Source: Gammaproteobacteria bacterium (GTDB taxonomy: Bacteria; Pseudomonadota; Gammaproteobacteria; JAJFKG01). From it: DNA of 64,000 nt. The translations under genes were made by a program, and so were the position numbers. The notes under the pieces are model-generated. The model was not told the origin of the DNA. It ran no database searches and saw only the letters and a list, made by a program, of their open reading frames with translations. The DNA lies in NCBI GenBank assembly GCA_021156325.1, contig JAJNDI010000004.1, forward strand, positions 4,549-68,548, in the 5' to 3' direction. Below are positions 42,823 to 52,569 of the stretch, one piece after another. Numbering within the stretch: the stretch's first letter is position 1; each line of letters begins with the position of its first letter.

Positions 42823-43479
42823 GTGGCACGTGTAACCGTTGAAGATTGTCTGGAAAATGTCGATAACCGATTTGAACTTGTTTTGGCAGCAACTAAACGC
42901 GTTCGCCAATTGATATTCAAAGGGTTTGAACCTTTGGTTCCCTGGGAAGATGATAAACCTACGGTAGTAGCTTTACGGGAAATTGCTGCCGGCAAGATTA
43001 ATCCAAGACGCTTGGACGATTTGGAAAAAGCCCGTGACCAGGAATTACAAGCTGCTCGTGCAGGTGTTTCAGACAGTTTTATTGCAGGAGAAGTTTCAAT
43101 AAGTACCACTGAGAGTGAGGATGAAGATCTGACCTTTGCTGGCGAAGAGACCAACTCTACTTTTCTTACCCAGGAAACGGATACGCTGTCTCAAGAACAA
43201 TCTCTCACTGCCTCGCCTCGCAGAAAATTATTGAATTCCAAACCGTCAGTATTTGAACAAGTTGCCAGCCGTTCTGGCCCCGTGCAGTTTCCTTTCACGC
43301 AAGAAGACGAGGATGAGAAAGGTGGAGAAGGGCAGGTAACTGATGAAGGAAGCGGCGTTTCAGAGGCTGATACCGTGTTTTTGAGCGAAGTTGCTATCCC
43401 CAAATCGGGTGAAAATGAAGATGAAGGGCATAGCAATTCTGAAAAGAAATCCTCTAAGAAAACAGACGATAACGCCTGA
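42823..43479 (+). CDS. rpoZ: DNA-directed RNA polymerase omega subunit with ~130-aa acidic Ser/Glu-rich C-terminal extension
   Basis: The N-terminal 75 aa ('[30 protein letters not shown]') is canonical RpoZ. The remainder is a low-complexity acidic tail. Confidence 0.8.
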   Translation: MARVTVEDCLENVDNRFELVLAATKRVRQLIFKGFEPLVPWEDDKPTVVALREIAAGKINPRRLDDLEKARDQELQAARAGVSDSFIAGEVSISTTESEDEDLTFAGEETNSTFLTQETDTLSQEQSLTASPRRKLLNSKPSVFEQVASRSGPVQFPFTQEDEDEKGGEGQVTDEGSGVSEADTVFLSEVAIPKSGENEDEGHSNSEKKSSKKTDDNA

Positions 43480-43513
43480 TTTCATCTTTTCTTGCAAAGT
43501 CATAATGATTATT

Positions 43514-43533
43514 CCTCCTTTTTTTAAAGGAGG
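43514..43533. promoter_or_regulatory. perfect hairpin CCTCCTTTTTTTAAAGGAGG in rpoZ–spoT spacer (SD-like GGAGG sequestered)
   Basis: 8-bp stem with a 4-nt loop. It belongs to the CCYCC-Tn-AAA-GGRGG family also seen at 57985, 62538 and 62596. Confidence 0.5.
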
Positions 43534-43617
43534 CAAAAATCCGTTGATTTCCGATATTATCCAAATAACCTTTTACACAGTATAATCAATATAAATAGCC
43601 ACAAAGGGTAAGAATCT

Positions 43618-45750
43618 GTGTCAAACGGGCGTGTTTTCAAACGACTGCGTACTGTACTGGAAAGCTATCTCGATGAAGAACAGATCGATCGAGTTCATTC
43701 GGCCTTTTTATTTGGGGCAGCTGCACATACTGGCCAAAAAAGACATAGCGGTGAGCCTTACATCACCCATCCCATTGCGGTTGCGGGTATTCTCGCACAG
43801 ATGCATTTAGATCCAGAAAGTTTAATAGCGGCTATTTTGCATGATGTGATCGAAGATACCGGTATTAGCAAAGCAACCCTCACTGAAAAATTTGGCAAAT
43901 CGGTTGCTGAATTAGTCGATGGGGTCACGAAACTGACTCAAATTAAATTTGAATCCCAAGCTGAAGCTCAAGCTGAGAATTTTCGCAAAATGGTTTTGGC
44001 CATGGTCAAAGACATTCGGGTCATTTTGATAAAGCTGGCTGACAGACTCCACAATATGCGTACGTTAGGGGTAGTACCGCCAGAGAAGCGCCAGCGGATA
44101 GCCAAAGAAACCCTTGAAATTTATGCACCTATTGCCAATCGTTTAGGGATGCATGCTTTTGCAACGGAGTTTCAGGAGTTAGGGTTTTCTATTTTGCATC
44201 CTAATCGTTATCGTATTTTAACCGATGCCCGAGAAAAAGCGCATGGCCATCGTAAAGAAATCATGAAAGTTATCGAAAATGCTTTGCAGGCTATTTTAAA
44301 AAAAGACAGTTTATCGTTTGAATCAATAGAGGGCAGGGAAAAGCATATCTTCAGCATTTATAAAAAAATGCGAAATAAACGCTTAACGTTTGCTGAGATC
44401 ATGGATGTCTATGGATTTCGTATCGTAGTAAATTCCCGAGATGCCTGTTATCGCGTTCTGGGTAGTGTTCATAGCTTGTATAAGCCCGTACCAGAACGCT
44501 TTAAAGATTATATTGCAATCCCTAAAGCCAATGGTTATCAATCTTTACATACCACTTTATTTGGTCCCTACGGCGTTCCTATTGAGATCCAAATCAGAAG
44601 TAAAGAAATGCATTTTATTGCAGAAAATGGGATTGCTGCGCATTGGTTATATAAATCAGGAGAATCAGCAGATCATGAAGCCCAAGTGCATACACGCGAA
44701 TGGCTGCGCAATTTACTGGAGATGCAGCAGAGTACGGGCAACTCCTTAGAGTTTATTGAAAATGTTAAAATTGATCTTTTCCCTGATGAAGTTTATGTTT
44801 TTACCCCTAAAGGTGAAATTAAGAAATTACCTGCCGGTGCTACTGCAGTTGACTTTGCGTATGCGGTGCATTCTGATATTGGTAACTCCTGCGTTGCTGT
44901 TAAAATTAATCGGCGTTTGGCACCCTTGAGTTCAGTCTTATCCAATGGTGTTACTGTTGAAATTATCACAGCAGCAAATACACGACCCAATCCCGCCTGG
45001 CTTAATTTTGTGGTGACAGCAAAGGCTCGCAGCCATATTCGACATTTCTTGAAAAATCAGCGCGTCACTGAATCTATTAGCTTGGGGACGCGCTTGTTGG
45101 AAAAAGCATTAGCTACGATGTCGCTTACGATCAACGATATTCCTGAAGAGGCTTTGCAAGCCGTTCTTGGTGAATCTCACTATAAAAATAAGGATGAGTT
45201 GTTGGAAAATATTGGTTTAGGTAATCAAATGCCGTTGATCGTGGCAAGACGCTTGGCCTTATTTGATGAAACCGAAGAAAAACCGGCAGAAGATAATTCG
45301 AAGCAGCAGACAGAACCGCTGCCTATTAAAGGCAGTGAAGGGATGGTATTGATTTTTGCGCCTTGCTGCAGACCCATTCCAGGCGACGCTATTGTGGGGT
45401 TTCTCACCACAGGAAAGGGCATTGTGGTACATATAGAAACCTGTTCAGCCGTGGCAGCAGCCCGTACAGCACATCAGGAATCTATCGATCTGATTTGGGA
45501 TAGAACAGTCGAAGATCGTTACAAAGTAGATGTTCTACTCTATGCAGAGAATCGCCGGGGTGTATTGGCTGCTTTAGCCCGTGGGATTGCAGAAGCCGAT
45601 TCGGATATTCTCGACATTTCTGTTGAAGAACAGGATGGTCTTTTTTGCCGTGTTAACTTAACTTTATTGGTTATTGATAAAGATCACTTGACTCATATTA
45701 TGCAGCGTTTGCGTGCAGCGCGATCGGTCGAGCGCATTGCACGCAGATGA
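43618..45750 (+). CDS. spoT: bifunctional (p)ppGpp synthetase/hydrolase
   Basis: HD hydrolase motif 'HDVIEDT', RelA/SpoT synthetase domain, TGS and ACT domains, and a GTG start. Confidence 0.95.
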   Translation: MSNGRVFKRLRTVLESYLDEEQIDRVHSAFLFGAAAHTGQKRHSGEPYITHPIAVAGILAQMHLDPESLIAAILHDVIEDTGISKATLTEKFGKSVAELVDGVTKLTQIKFESQAEAQAENFRKMVLAMVKDIRVILIKLADRLHNMRTLGVVPPEKRQRIAKETLEIYAPIANRLGMHAFATEFQELGFSILHPNRYRILTDAREKAHGHRKEIMKVIENALQAILKKDSLSFESIEGREKHIFSIYKKMRNKRLTFAEIMDVYGFRIVVNSRDACYRVLGSVHSLYKPVPERFKDYIAIPKANGYQSLHTTLFGPYGVPIEIQIRSKEMHFIAENGIAAHWLYKSGESADHEAQVHTREWLRNLLEMQQSTGNSLEFIENVKIDLFPDEVYVFTPKGEIKKLPAGATAVDFAYAVHSDIGNSCVAVKINRRLAPLSSVLSNGVTVEIITAANTRPNPAWLNFVVTAKARSHIRHFLKNQRVTESISLGTRLLEKALATMSLTINDIPEEALQAVLGESHYKNKDELLENIGLGNQMPLIVARRLALFDETEEKPAEDNSKQQTEPLPIKGSEGMVLIFAPCCRPIPGDAIVGFLTTGKGIVVHIETCSAVAAARTAHQESIDLIWDRTVEDRYKVDVLLYAENRRGVLAALARGIAEADSDILDISVEEQDGLFCRVNLTLLVIDKDHLTHIMQRLRAARSVERIARR

Positions 45751-45848
45751 TATATTCTTGGCGCTTTAAATGTAGGCTTTGTTGGCTGCAGCAGCGAACA
45801 AAAATCACGCATTATTTATACGCTCCTTATAATTGACTTTACAGCGTA

Positions 45849-46856
45849 CTAATTCGCTGAAAAATACAAGCTGCGATTCATTTCGCTTGTCATGCTATAT
45901 TGCTGCGGGATCCCCTGCGGCTGTACCACCGATAAAGAATCTTCTGCCAGAGTTGTTAATTCAGTTTCTATCGATTCTGTTTCTTCTTCTGGCCCATCTA
46001 TGGGCACTAATCCTTTAGTTGAATAGTAAAAACGGTTTATTTTTTGGAGCGTTTTTTCTTCTGTCTCGCTGAGGCTGCATGGCTTCTTGTCAAACAGACG
46101 CAGCCTCGAACATAAAGAGTGCTTTTCAGCAGTGGTACTGATCAAATCGAGATAATGTTGCTTTTCAATGAAATGCCGTTGTAATTGATCTTCTAAATTC
46201 AATGCTTCAACTTGCTGATATAAGCAAATAAAATAATAACGATCAGTTCTCTTTATTTCAGAGGTAAAATGCAGCGCCAATGTTGTTGATAATAAATTAA
46301 CCAGTTTGATGATCGTAATGGGGTTGGTATCTTCATGCAAGGGAGGGAAAAAAGCAATTAAGTCATTGCTGCTTTCTATATCCGCCAGTTTTCCTGCCTT
46401 ATCGTGCGATTTATATTGCGCAAAACCATGATACAGTTTTGCAGAGGCCTTGTGAGCGCTGATGCGTCGGGGCACTTCCCACGCAGTGAATAAAATACTG
46501 TGAATATGGGCAAGACAATCATTAACGCTGCTCATCTTCCAGGCGGCTGCGAGTTCTTTAGCAAATAATGTTGCTGTTATTTTGAATAATGCACGTGAAA
46601 TGTCACAATCCCATGAAGTGTTTTTTGCGGCATTTGCTCTCACTTGATAAATCAGTTGCTGCGTTTCAGCGAGATAACGCGGCAAATCTCCTTTGCAGAG
46701 ATAACCTAACAGTGCTTCAAGAGGGGCACGCCAAGAGTAACATTCGGCTCTTATTACGCACATGTCGTAATAAAGTCCGGCAATTTCACGTAAAAGGTGT
46801 TTGCGAATTAACTTTAAATTAAGTGAAGCAGTGCTGTGGTAATTGATCTTGCTCAT
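45849..46856 (-). CDS. hypothetical protein (AT-rich orphan, Glu-rich near C-terminus)
   Basis: Intact 335-aa ORF with no recognisable domain. Confidence 0.5.
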   Translation of the reverse strand: MSKINYHSTASLNLKLIRKHLLREIAGLYYDMCVIRAECYSWRAPLEALLGYLCKGDLPRYLAETQQLIYQVRANAAKNTSWDCDISRALFKITATLFAKELAAAWKMSSVNDCLAHIHSILFTAWEVPRRISAHKASAKLYHGFAQYKSHDKAGKLADIESSNDLIAFFPPLHEDTNPITIIKLVNLLSTTLALHFTSEIKRTDRYYFICLYQQVEALNLEDQLQRHFIEKQHYLDLISTTAEKHSLCSRLRLFDKKPCSLSETEEKTLQKINRFYYSTKGLVPIDGPEEETESIETELTTLAEDSLSVVQPQGIPQQYSMTSEMNRSLYFSAN

Positions 46857-46868
46857 GATGATTTTCCC

Positions 46869-46894
46869 TATACTGTTTTCCTAAAAACAGTATA
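46869..46894. promoter_or_regulatory. palindrome TATACTGTTTT-N4-AAAACAGTATA immediately upstream of orphan gene 45849..46856
   Basis: 11-bp perfect arms, ending about 14 nt before the minus-strand ATG. Confidence 0.45.
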
Positions 46895-46962
46895 AATAAG
46901 GCAATTGCATACATGCTGTAAGCAATTACCTTGTTGGCTTAAGAAAATCAGAGAAATGCTGC

Positions 46963-48291
46963 TTATTTCCTGCTTTTACAAGGCGTAGGATCATCACAAC
47001 AATGGCAATACGTTTCCCGAATAAAATATAAGAGAACCACCCCCAGCAATTGACAAATCGGCAATAAAACAAAGGCCATCTGATAATCATGAATGCTATA
47101 GTGATAAGCACCTTCTTTGATAACCGTTTTCCAATGGGCATCCAAAAGATATCCAATTAAAGGTTGGAACAAAGTGCCGCCCAACATAACCAGCATATTG
47201 GTAAAAGCAATCACAGTGCCGCTGATTTCTTTGGGATGAATTTCAGAATTTAATGCAAAACACAACAACATGGTTACCGAGAAAAAGCCCAGTAAAAATA
47301 GCGAAGTGGGAATCATCCAGGGCTGCAATAATTCTGGAAGATAGATCAACGTGCTGAGCGACATACAGGCACCCAAAGCGCCGGCTAACATGATTGGCCG
47401 TCGCCGTCCGATCCAGTTTGATAAAAAGCCGTGCAAAGGTCCGCCGACAGCGATCCCCACAAAAATTAAAGCGGTTAATCCGGCTGCATCAGGTTTGGTT
47501 AGCGCATAGGTTTTCATTAAGAAAGGCACGCACCATAATTCAGCAAAACCGGCAATGGGGGCTACCAATAATCCGCCATAAAGCGCAATAAGCCAGGTTT
47601 GTTTGTTTGAAACAATATGCTTTAAGTGTGTCCATAGTTCGTGGCCTTTGGGCAGTCTTGGCTGTTTTGAGGCAATTTGCTGATAATAAGGGTTGTTACG
47701 AACCACTAAAAAATTCAATAAGGCCAGCCCAAAACCAATAAACATCATGAGCAGAATAACATCGCGCCATCCTAAATTTTGCACCATAAAGGCCATGGGT
47801 TTTGCAACAGAAACAGCCCCTAATACTCCCAGGGTATTGGTTAAACCCACCACAAAAGCAAAGCGCGAAGCGGGAAACCAGGCGGCACTTAATTTAAGGC
47901 ATCCTACAAAAGCAAAAGCAGAGCCGATCCCCATTAATATGCGGCCGATATCCGCAACCCATAATTGGTGAGTAGTTCCAAAAACCAAACAGCCAATGGC
48001 TACCAGCGTAGAAGCAAACGTTAATAAAATCCGCGGACCGAAGCGATCTAATAAAATGCCTACCGGTATTTGCATTAAAGCATAAGCATAATAATACATA
48101 GCGCTCAAACTGCCCAACTCGCGGGCATGGACATTAAAAGCTTCCATTAATTCATCGACCATCACGGTGGGCGATAATCGTAAAAAAAGTTCATACGCAA
48201 AGAATACCGCAGCCACAAGCCAAATAACCCAGGCATAACCGGTAAAGCGTTCTTCTTTAATTAATGGCGAAGGTGATGAGCGACTTTGCAT
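46963..48291 (-). CDS. MFS transporter (paralogue of 16648..17958)
   Basis: 12 TM helices and about 50% identity to the other MFS transporter ('YYYAYALMQIPVGILLDRFGPR'). Confidence 0.8.
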   Translation of the reverse strand: MQSRSSPSPLIKEERFTGYAWVIWLVAAVFFAYELFLRLSPTVMVDELMEAFNVHARELGSLSAMYYYAYALMQIPVGILLDRFGPRILLTFASTLVAIGCLVFGTTHQLWVADIGRILMGIGSAFAFVGCLKLSAAWFPASRFAFVVGLTNTLGVLGAVSVAKPMAFMVQNLGWRDVILLMMFIGFGLALLNFLVVRNNPYYQQIASKQPRLPKGHELWTHLKHIVSNKQTWLIALYGGLLVAPIAGFAELWCVPFLMKTYALTKPDAAGLTALIFVGIAVGGPLHGFLSNWIGRRRPIMLAGALGACMSLSTLIYLPELLQPWMIPTSLFLLGFFSVTMLLCFALNSEIHPKEISGTVIAFTNMLVMLGGTLFQPLIGYLLDAHWKTVIKEGAYHYSIHDYQMAFVLLPICQLLGVVLLYFIRETYCHCCDDPTPCKSRK

Positions 48292-48312
48292 GAAGCCTCC
48301 ATTAAAATGTGA

Positions 48313-48555
48313 TCATTCTTCATGATCATAAATATTACCCCTTTTCTGATAGGGATCCTTTAACGATGTCTTTTTGAAAAAAGCCGTTTTAATCCAGGCG
48401 ATAAGATATAATACACAGCCTGCAAGTATGCCCCAGAACAGGAGATAAGAAAATAAAACCAGCGCAATGACGGCGGCGACAATAAAGACAACCATGATTA
48501 AAAAAGGTCTCAATGCGTTAACAATACCGCCCCGGGGTGAGGATTGCCACAGCAT
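48313..48555 (-). CDS. small membrane protein (2 TM), upstream of MFS gene
   Basis: 80 aa with two hydrophobic helices. It ends 22 nt before the MFS start. Confidence 0.4.
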   Translation of the reverse strand: MLWQSSPRGGIVNALRPFLIMVVFIVAAVIALVLFSYLLFWGILAGCVLYLIAWIKTAFFKKTSLKDPYQKRGNIYDHEE

Positions 48556-48739
48556 AAAATAACTCCTATTATCGGCTTTACAAAGAGCGGTATTCTAACA
48601 ACTTATAGTAATCACTGCTTTTAAAAAATCATTTTTTGAACAAAAACAGAGGGCTTCGCATTTTTTTAGGGCGAAAGGGGCTGTTTTGTTCCATTTGCGG
48701 TATTGATCTTATGCTTAAATAATGGAGGTAAGAAAGTCG

Positions 48740-49534
48740 ATGTCAACCTATACCCTTTATCATGTAGATGCTTTTACCCATCGTGTGTTTAAAGGAAACC
48801 CTGCTGCAGTGTGTGCTTTGAACACATGGTTACCGGAAGCTACCTTACAAGCGATTGCTGCAGAGAATAATCTTTCGGAAACCGCTTTTTTTATTGGTGA
48901 AGAAGGCCGTTATCATTTACGCTGGTTTACTCCTCATCATGAAGTCGAGTTTTGCGGACATGGCACTTTAGCGGCAGCCTATGTTATTTTTGCGCACCTT
49001 GAATTGTTATCCCAGGAAGTGGTTTTTGAAACCAGAAAAGGCGAATTAATAGCAAGGCGTGTTGATAATGGCATTCGCTTGATATTACCCGCTTTACCTG
49101 CAGTACCTTGTCAAATGCCGTCTTATTTTCCAGCAGGGCTGGGTGTAACACCAACAGCCGTATATAAAGCTGATCATTACCTCGTTGTATTGAAAGAAGC
49201 GGAACAATTACGATCATTACGCATTAATCGTGCTGCTTTTGCTGCATTAGATAGGCGAGGGATTATTGTGACAGCGCCGAGTGATGATCCTCACATTGAT
49301 ATTATCTCTCGTTTTTTCACGCCATTGGAACCGCGCCTGGAAGATCCTGTGACAGGATCGGCTCATTGCACGTTAGTTCCTTATTGGGCCGAGCGCCTTG
49401 GCAAAAAGACATTACAGGCGCACCAATTGTCTGCCCGCGGCGGAGAAATCCATTGCATGTTGAATGATCATCATCATATTGAACTAACCGGACAAGTAGC
49501 CCCTTATTTGATAGGTACTATTGTGATTGGTTAA
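48740..49534 (+). CDS. PhzF-family isomerase-like protein
   Basis: 'MSTYTLYHVDAFT...GNPAAV' PhzF/YddE N-terminus. The GGAGG Shine-Dalgarno favours the ATG at 48740 over the one at 48722. Confidence 0.8.
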   Translation: MSTYTLYHVDAFTHRVFKGNPAAVCALNTWLPEATLQAIAAENNLSETAFFIGEEGRYHLRWFTPHHEVEFCGHGTLAAAYVIFAHLELLSQEVVFETRKGELIARRVDNGIRLILPALPAVPCQMPSYFPAGLGVTPTAVYKADHYLVVLKEAEQLRSLRINRAAFAALDRRGIIVTAPSDDPHIDIISRFFTPLEPRLEDPVTGSAHCTLVPYWAERLGKKTLQAHQLSARGGEIHCMLNDHHHIELTGQVAPYLIGTIVIG

Positions 49535-49624
49535 TTTGAACTGAGTATTTTCCTTTATTCGCTGCGCAGCAGTGATAATTTTTCTTAAGTCTTGAAAGTG
49601 TGCATTTTAAAGTGAAATGGATTA

Positions 49625-50158
49625 TTAAGGCATCAAAATTTTTTTCATAAAAAAACGGCTATTTTGAGCAGCCAGGTTAAAGCGGGTTTCATGGATAATC
49701 TGGTAACCGCGCTTTTGATATAATGCGACAGCCGGTTTATTTTCTTTGAATACATACAAACTGGAATCGCTGGCGCCATATTTTTCGGCAACGGTTTTTT
49801 CATAAAAATCCATTGCGAGGGTAGCAGCCTGTTGCCGGCGTTTTGTTTCATCAATAAAAATATAGGCTAAAAAAGCATGAGACTGGAGGCGTTGATCTAC
49901 GATCTGGGGATTTTGAATAATAAACCACAGATAACCTGTTTGTTGTTTTTCCGTTTCCCACAACTCATAAAAATAATGTCCCATAGTTTTCTGGCCTTCA
50001 GGAAGATATTCTTGAATTTCTGCTTCTGCTCGTTTTTGAGATTCACTGATGCCCTGGAATTCTCCATAACGCAGCATCTCTCTCGCATAAGTTTCACTGG
50101 CATGCGTCTTCAAACGTAAAAATCGCTCGGGGCTGGGTTTAATGAATTGTATAGTCAT
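49625..50158 (-). CDS. GNAT-family N-acetyltransferase
   Basis: GNAT fold motifs. Its start overlaps the upstream GNAT stop as ATGA. Confidence 0.7.
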   Translation of the reverse strand: MTIQFIKPSPERFLRLKTHASETYAREMLRYGEFQGISESQKRAEAEIQEYLPEGQKTMGHYFYELWETEKQQTGYLWFIIQNPQIVDQRLQSHAFLAYIFIDETKRRQQAATLAMDFYEKTVAEKYGASDSSLYVFKENKPAVALYQKRGYQIIHETRFNLAAQNSRFFMKKILMP

Positions 50159-50712
50159 AAGGCATGTTCTCGGGTAATCCATTCTGTTTTTAAAATGCTG
50201 TAACATACCGTATCACGAAAAGTATTGTCAGGACGCACCAGATGATGCCGCAAAATCCCTTCTTTGACAGCCCCTAATTTTTCAACAGCCTTGCACGATC
50301 GCCTGTTTTCACTATCGATAGAAAAAGCAACTCGCTCGCAGTTTAATTCACTAAAGGCATAATGCAGCATCATTGTTTTGACAAGGGTATTGAGTCCAGA
50401 ACCCCAGTAATCAGGGTGATACCAGGTGTAGCCGATTGAAATATGCCGGTGTTTAGCATCATATTCGTAATAACGAGTTGATCCCGCCATGCGATTCTGC
50501 TTGAAAATGACTAAAGGAAATTGGTCTTTCTCTGCTTGTTTCTTAAAAGCGTTTTTCAGCCAGATGCTTGCGAATTGATGAGGATGAGCAATTTGCGGAT
50601 TGTGCTGCCATATACGGGGATCCTCGGCTATTTTCTCTAAATCTTTCACATGGTCTTGCGATAAAGCAACCAGACGGACATCAGTTTGTTGCATAGGGTT
50701 GATAGACAGCAT
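50155..50712 (-). CDS. GNAT-family N-acetyltransferase (RimJ/RimL-like)
   Basis: Resembles the RimJ/RimL acetyltransferases. Confidence 0.7.
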   Translation of the reverse strand: MLSINPMQQTDVRLVALSQDHVKDLEKIAEDPRIWQHNPQIAHPHQFASIWLKNAFKKQAEKDQFPLVIFKQNRMAGSTRYYEYDAKHRHISIGYTWYHPDYWGSGLNTLVKTMMLHYAFSELNCERVAFSIDSENRRSCKAVEKLGAVKEGILRHHLVRPDNTFRDTVCYSILKTEWITREHAL

Positions 50713-50914
50713 AAATATTTCCCGGCATTATCCAGTGATAATTCTAGCAGGGAAGTGATTCAATGTTGAGTCTTTAAGAGAAGAGAGGCTTATCCGTATG
50801 ATTTAGAAGAGTAAAATTTCTAAAAGGACCCGCCTCGTCCGTTCAGCAGAAACCTTATAAATCGAATAATAATTGACTTGAGGTATTGTTTTCACTTAGG
50901 ATTGCCTCGGTTTA

Positions 50915-51060
50915 CGACAAAAACACACTCAAAGCGTTTTAATTTTAGGCAAGCCGGCAAATCCTCGAGTAAAAGGAATGTATAAATAATACATGACTTT
51001 TGCGAGCGAGTGCAGCCTTTAAGTTTAAAATAAAAACGCGAAGAGGATAGTTGAGGAGTT
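50915..51060 (+). repeat. ~140-nt non-coding repeat, copy 2 (upstream of POT transporter)
   Basis: Roughly 65–70% identical to copy 1 by hand alignment, in the same orientation. Confidence 0.65.
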
Positions 51061-51067
51061 ATTATCT

Positions 51068-52567
51068 TTGAATACACATGCTGCCCGTAAAACCTTCCTG
51101 AATATGCCGCAAGGCTTTGGCTTGCTTTTTTTCCTCCAGTTTTTAAGCACGACCAGTTTTGCTGTTTTATTTGCCTCATTGGTGTTGTATATGAATACCA
51201 AAATGGGATTTTCTGCACATGACGCCAATATTATTACCGGCGTTTATTTTGCCTGTAATTTTGCTCTCCATCAATTCTCAGGCTTTATTGGAGGACGGTA
51301 TTTAAGTTACCGGGTTGTTGTGATCGTGGGTGTTTTAGGCCAGTTAGTAGGTGTGCTGGCTTTGGCGGAAGGCAGTCTCCCTCTATTCTACTGGGGATTG
51401 GCATTTATGCTGATTGGTACGGGAACGCTCGTGACTTCTTTGAATATGTTGTTATCACAACTTTTTAGCAGGGATGATGTTTCTCGCCGTGAAACGGCTT
51501 TTTTCTGGAATTACGCCAGCATGAATCTCGCTTTTATCATGGGTTCTGTTATGACCGGGTATTTTCAGTTGCAAAGTAATTACACACCCCTATTTATAGC
51601 GGCAGCGGTATTGAATGTAGTTACACTGGGTTTGCTGGGAGCAGGATTTCATCGGTTACGAGATTTGGATACCGCATTACTTAAAGCCAAGTCTCCTTTT
51701 AAGCGCAATGTGATAGGTGTGGTAATGGTAGTGATATTATTACCTGTCTTACATTTCTTGCTGCAACGTGCAGATATTGGCGATATTATCATTCTGGGTA
51801 TTGGAGCCGTGATGGTATTAATCTTGTTGTACGGCGTTTTTTCACATCAACATGCAGAACGCAAACGGTTTTTAGTCTTCTTTATCTTATTGATGAGCGC
51901 ACAGATTTTTTGGGTAGTCTATCAGTTAGCGCCCATGAGTTTGATGTTCTTTGCTAAAAATAATGTAAACCTGAATTTCTGGGGCATTAGCTTTGCTCCT
52001 GGCTGGTTTCCCAGCATTAACGGAATTACCATTTGTATTGGCGCGCCGTTATTAGCTTACCTTTTTGCGAAATCACGAAAGCGTAAAAGTCTTGGGTTTT
52101 CTGTGCCCGTACAATATACCATTGGCTTAGTCATCAGTGGTGTTGGCTTATTATTATTACCCTTAGGCATCGCCTTTGCAGGCCCTGACGGCCATGTGAA
52201 TTTTTTCTGGTTATTTGCCATGTTGGTAATGGAAGCTATCGCAGAAATTTTCTTAAGTCCTGTGGGTTATGCCATGGTAGGGCAAATGGTGCCGGCTCGC
52301 TGGCAAAGTTTGTGTATGGGAAGCGTCTTGCTAAACAGCGGTGTTGCTGCTGTGTTAGCCAGTTTTTTCTCAAATCACGCTTCTGGCAATATCGAAGGCG
52401 CTTCACCGATTGTTACCAATGTCAGCTATAGCCACGCCTTTAGCCAATTGGGTTGGGCGATTGTAGGCATTGCCTTTATAGTCTTGCTGTTGACACCGTT
52501 GCTTAATCGCTGGATGGGACATGCCCATTCGATTAAATCATCAAGCAAGAAAGTAAGTAAGGCGTAA
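51068..52567 (+). CDS. POT/PTR2-family di/tripeptide:proton symporter
   Basis: Resembles DtpA-type transporters. It has 'GGRYLSYRVVVIVG' and about 14 TM helices. Confidence 0.8.
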   Translation: MNTHAARKTFLNMPQGFGLLFFLQFLSTTSFAVLFASLVLYMNTKMGFSAHDANIITGVYFACNFALHQFSGFIGGRYLSYRVVVIVGVLGQLVGVLALAEGSLPLFYWGLAFMLIGTGTLVTSLNMLLSQLFSRDDVSRRETAFFWNYASMNLAFIMGSVMTGYFQLQSNYTPLFIAAAVLNVVTLGLLGAGFHRLRDLDTALLKAKSPFKRNVIGVVMVVILLPVLHFLLQRADIGDIIILGIGAVMVLILLYGVFSHQHAERKRFLVFFILLMSAQIFWVVYQLAPMSLMFFAKNNVNLNFWGISFAPGWFPSINGITICIGAPLLAYLFAKSRKRKSLGFSVPVQYTIGLVISGVGLLLLPLGIAFAGPDGHVNFFWLFAMLVMEAIAEIFLSPVGYAMVGQMVPARWQSLCMGSVLLNSGVAAVLASFFSNHASGNIEGASPIVTNVSYSHAFSQLGWAIVGIAFIVLLLTPLLNRWMGHAHSIKSSSKKVSKA

Positions 52568-52569
52568 TC

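Noticed and set aside
43391-43585. 64-aa ORF overlapping the rpoZ 3' end and the rpoZ–spoT hairpin
   Set aside because: The frame overlaps the rpoZ tail and has no start context. Only the last 13 codons (TTG start after the GGAGG hairpin) were noted as a possible leader micro-ORF.
46869-46894. CTGT…ACAG dyad resembling a LexA/SOS box
   Set aside because: Spacing is CTGT-N10-ACAG rather than the gammaproteobacterial CTGT-N8-ACAG. It is kept only as a generic operator-like palindrome.
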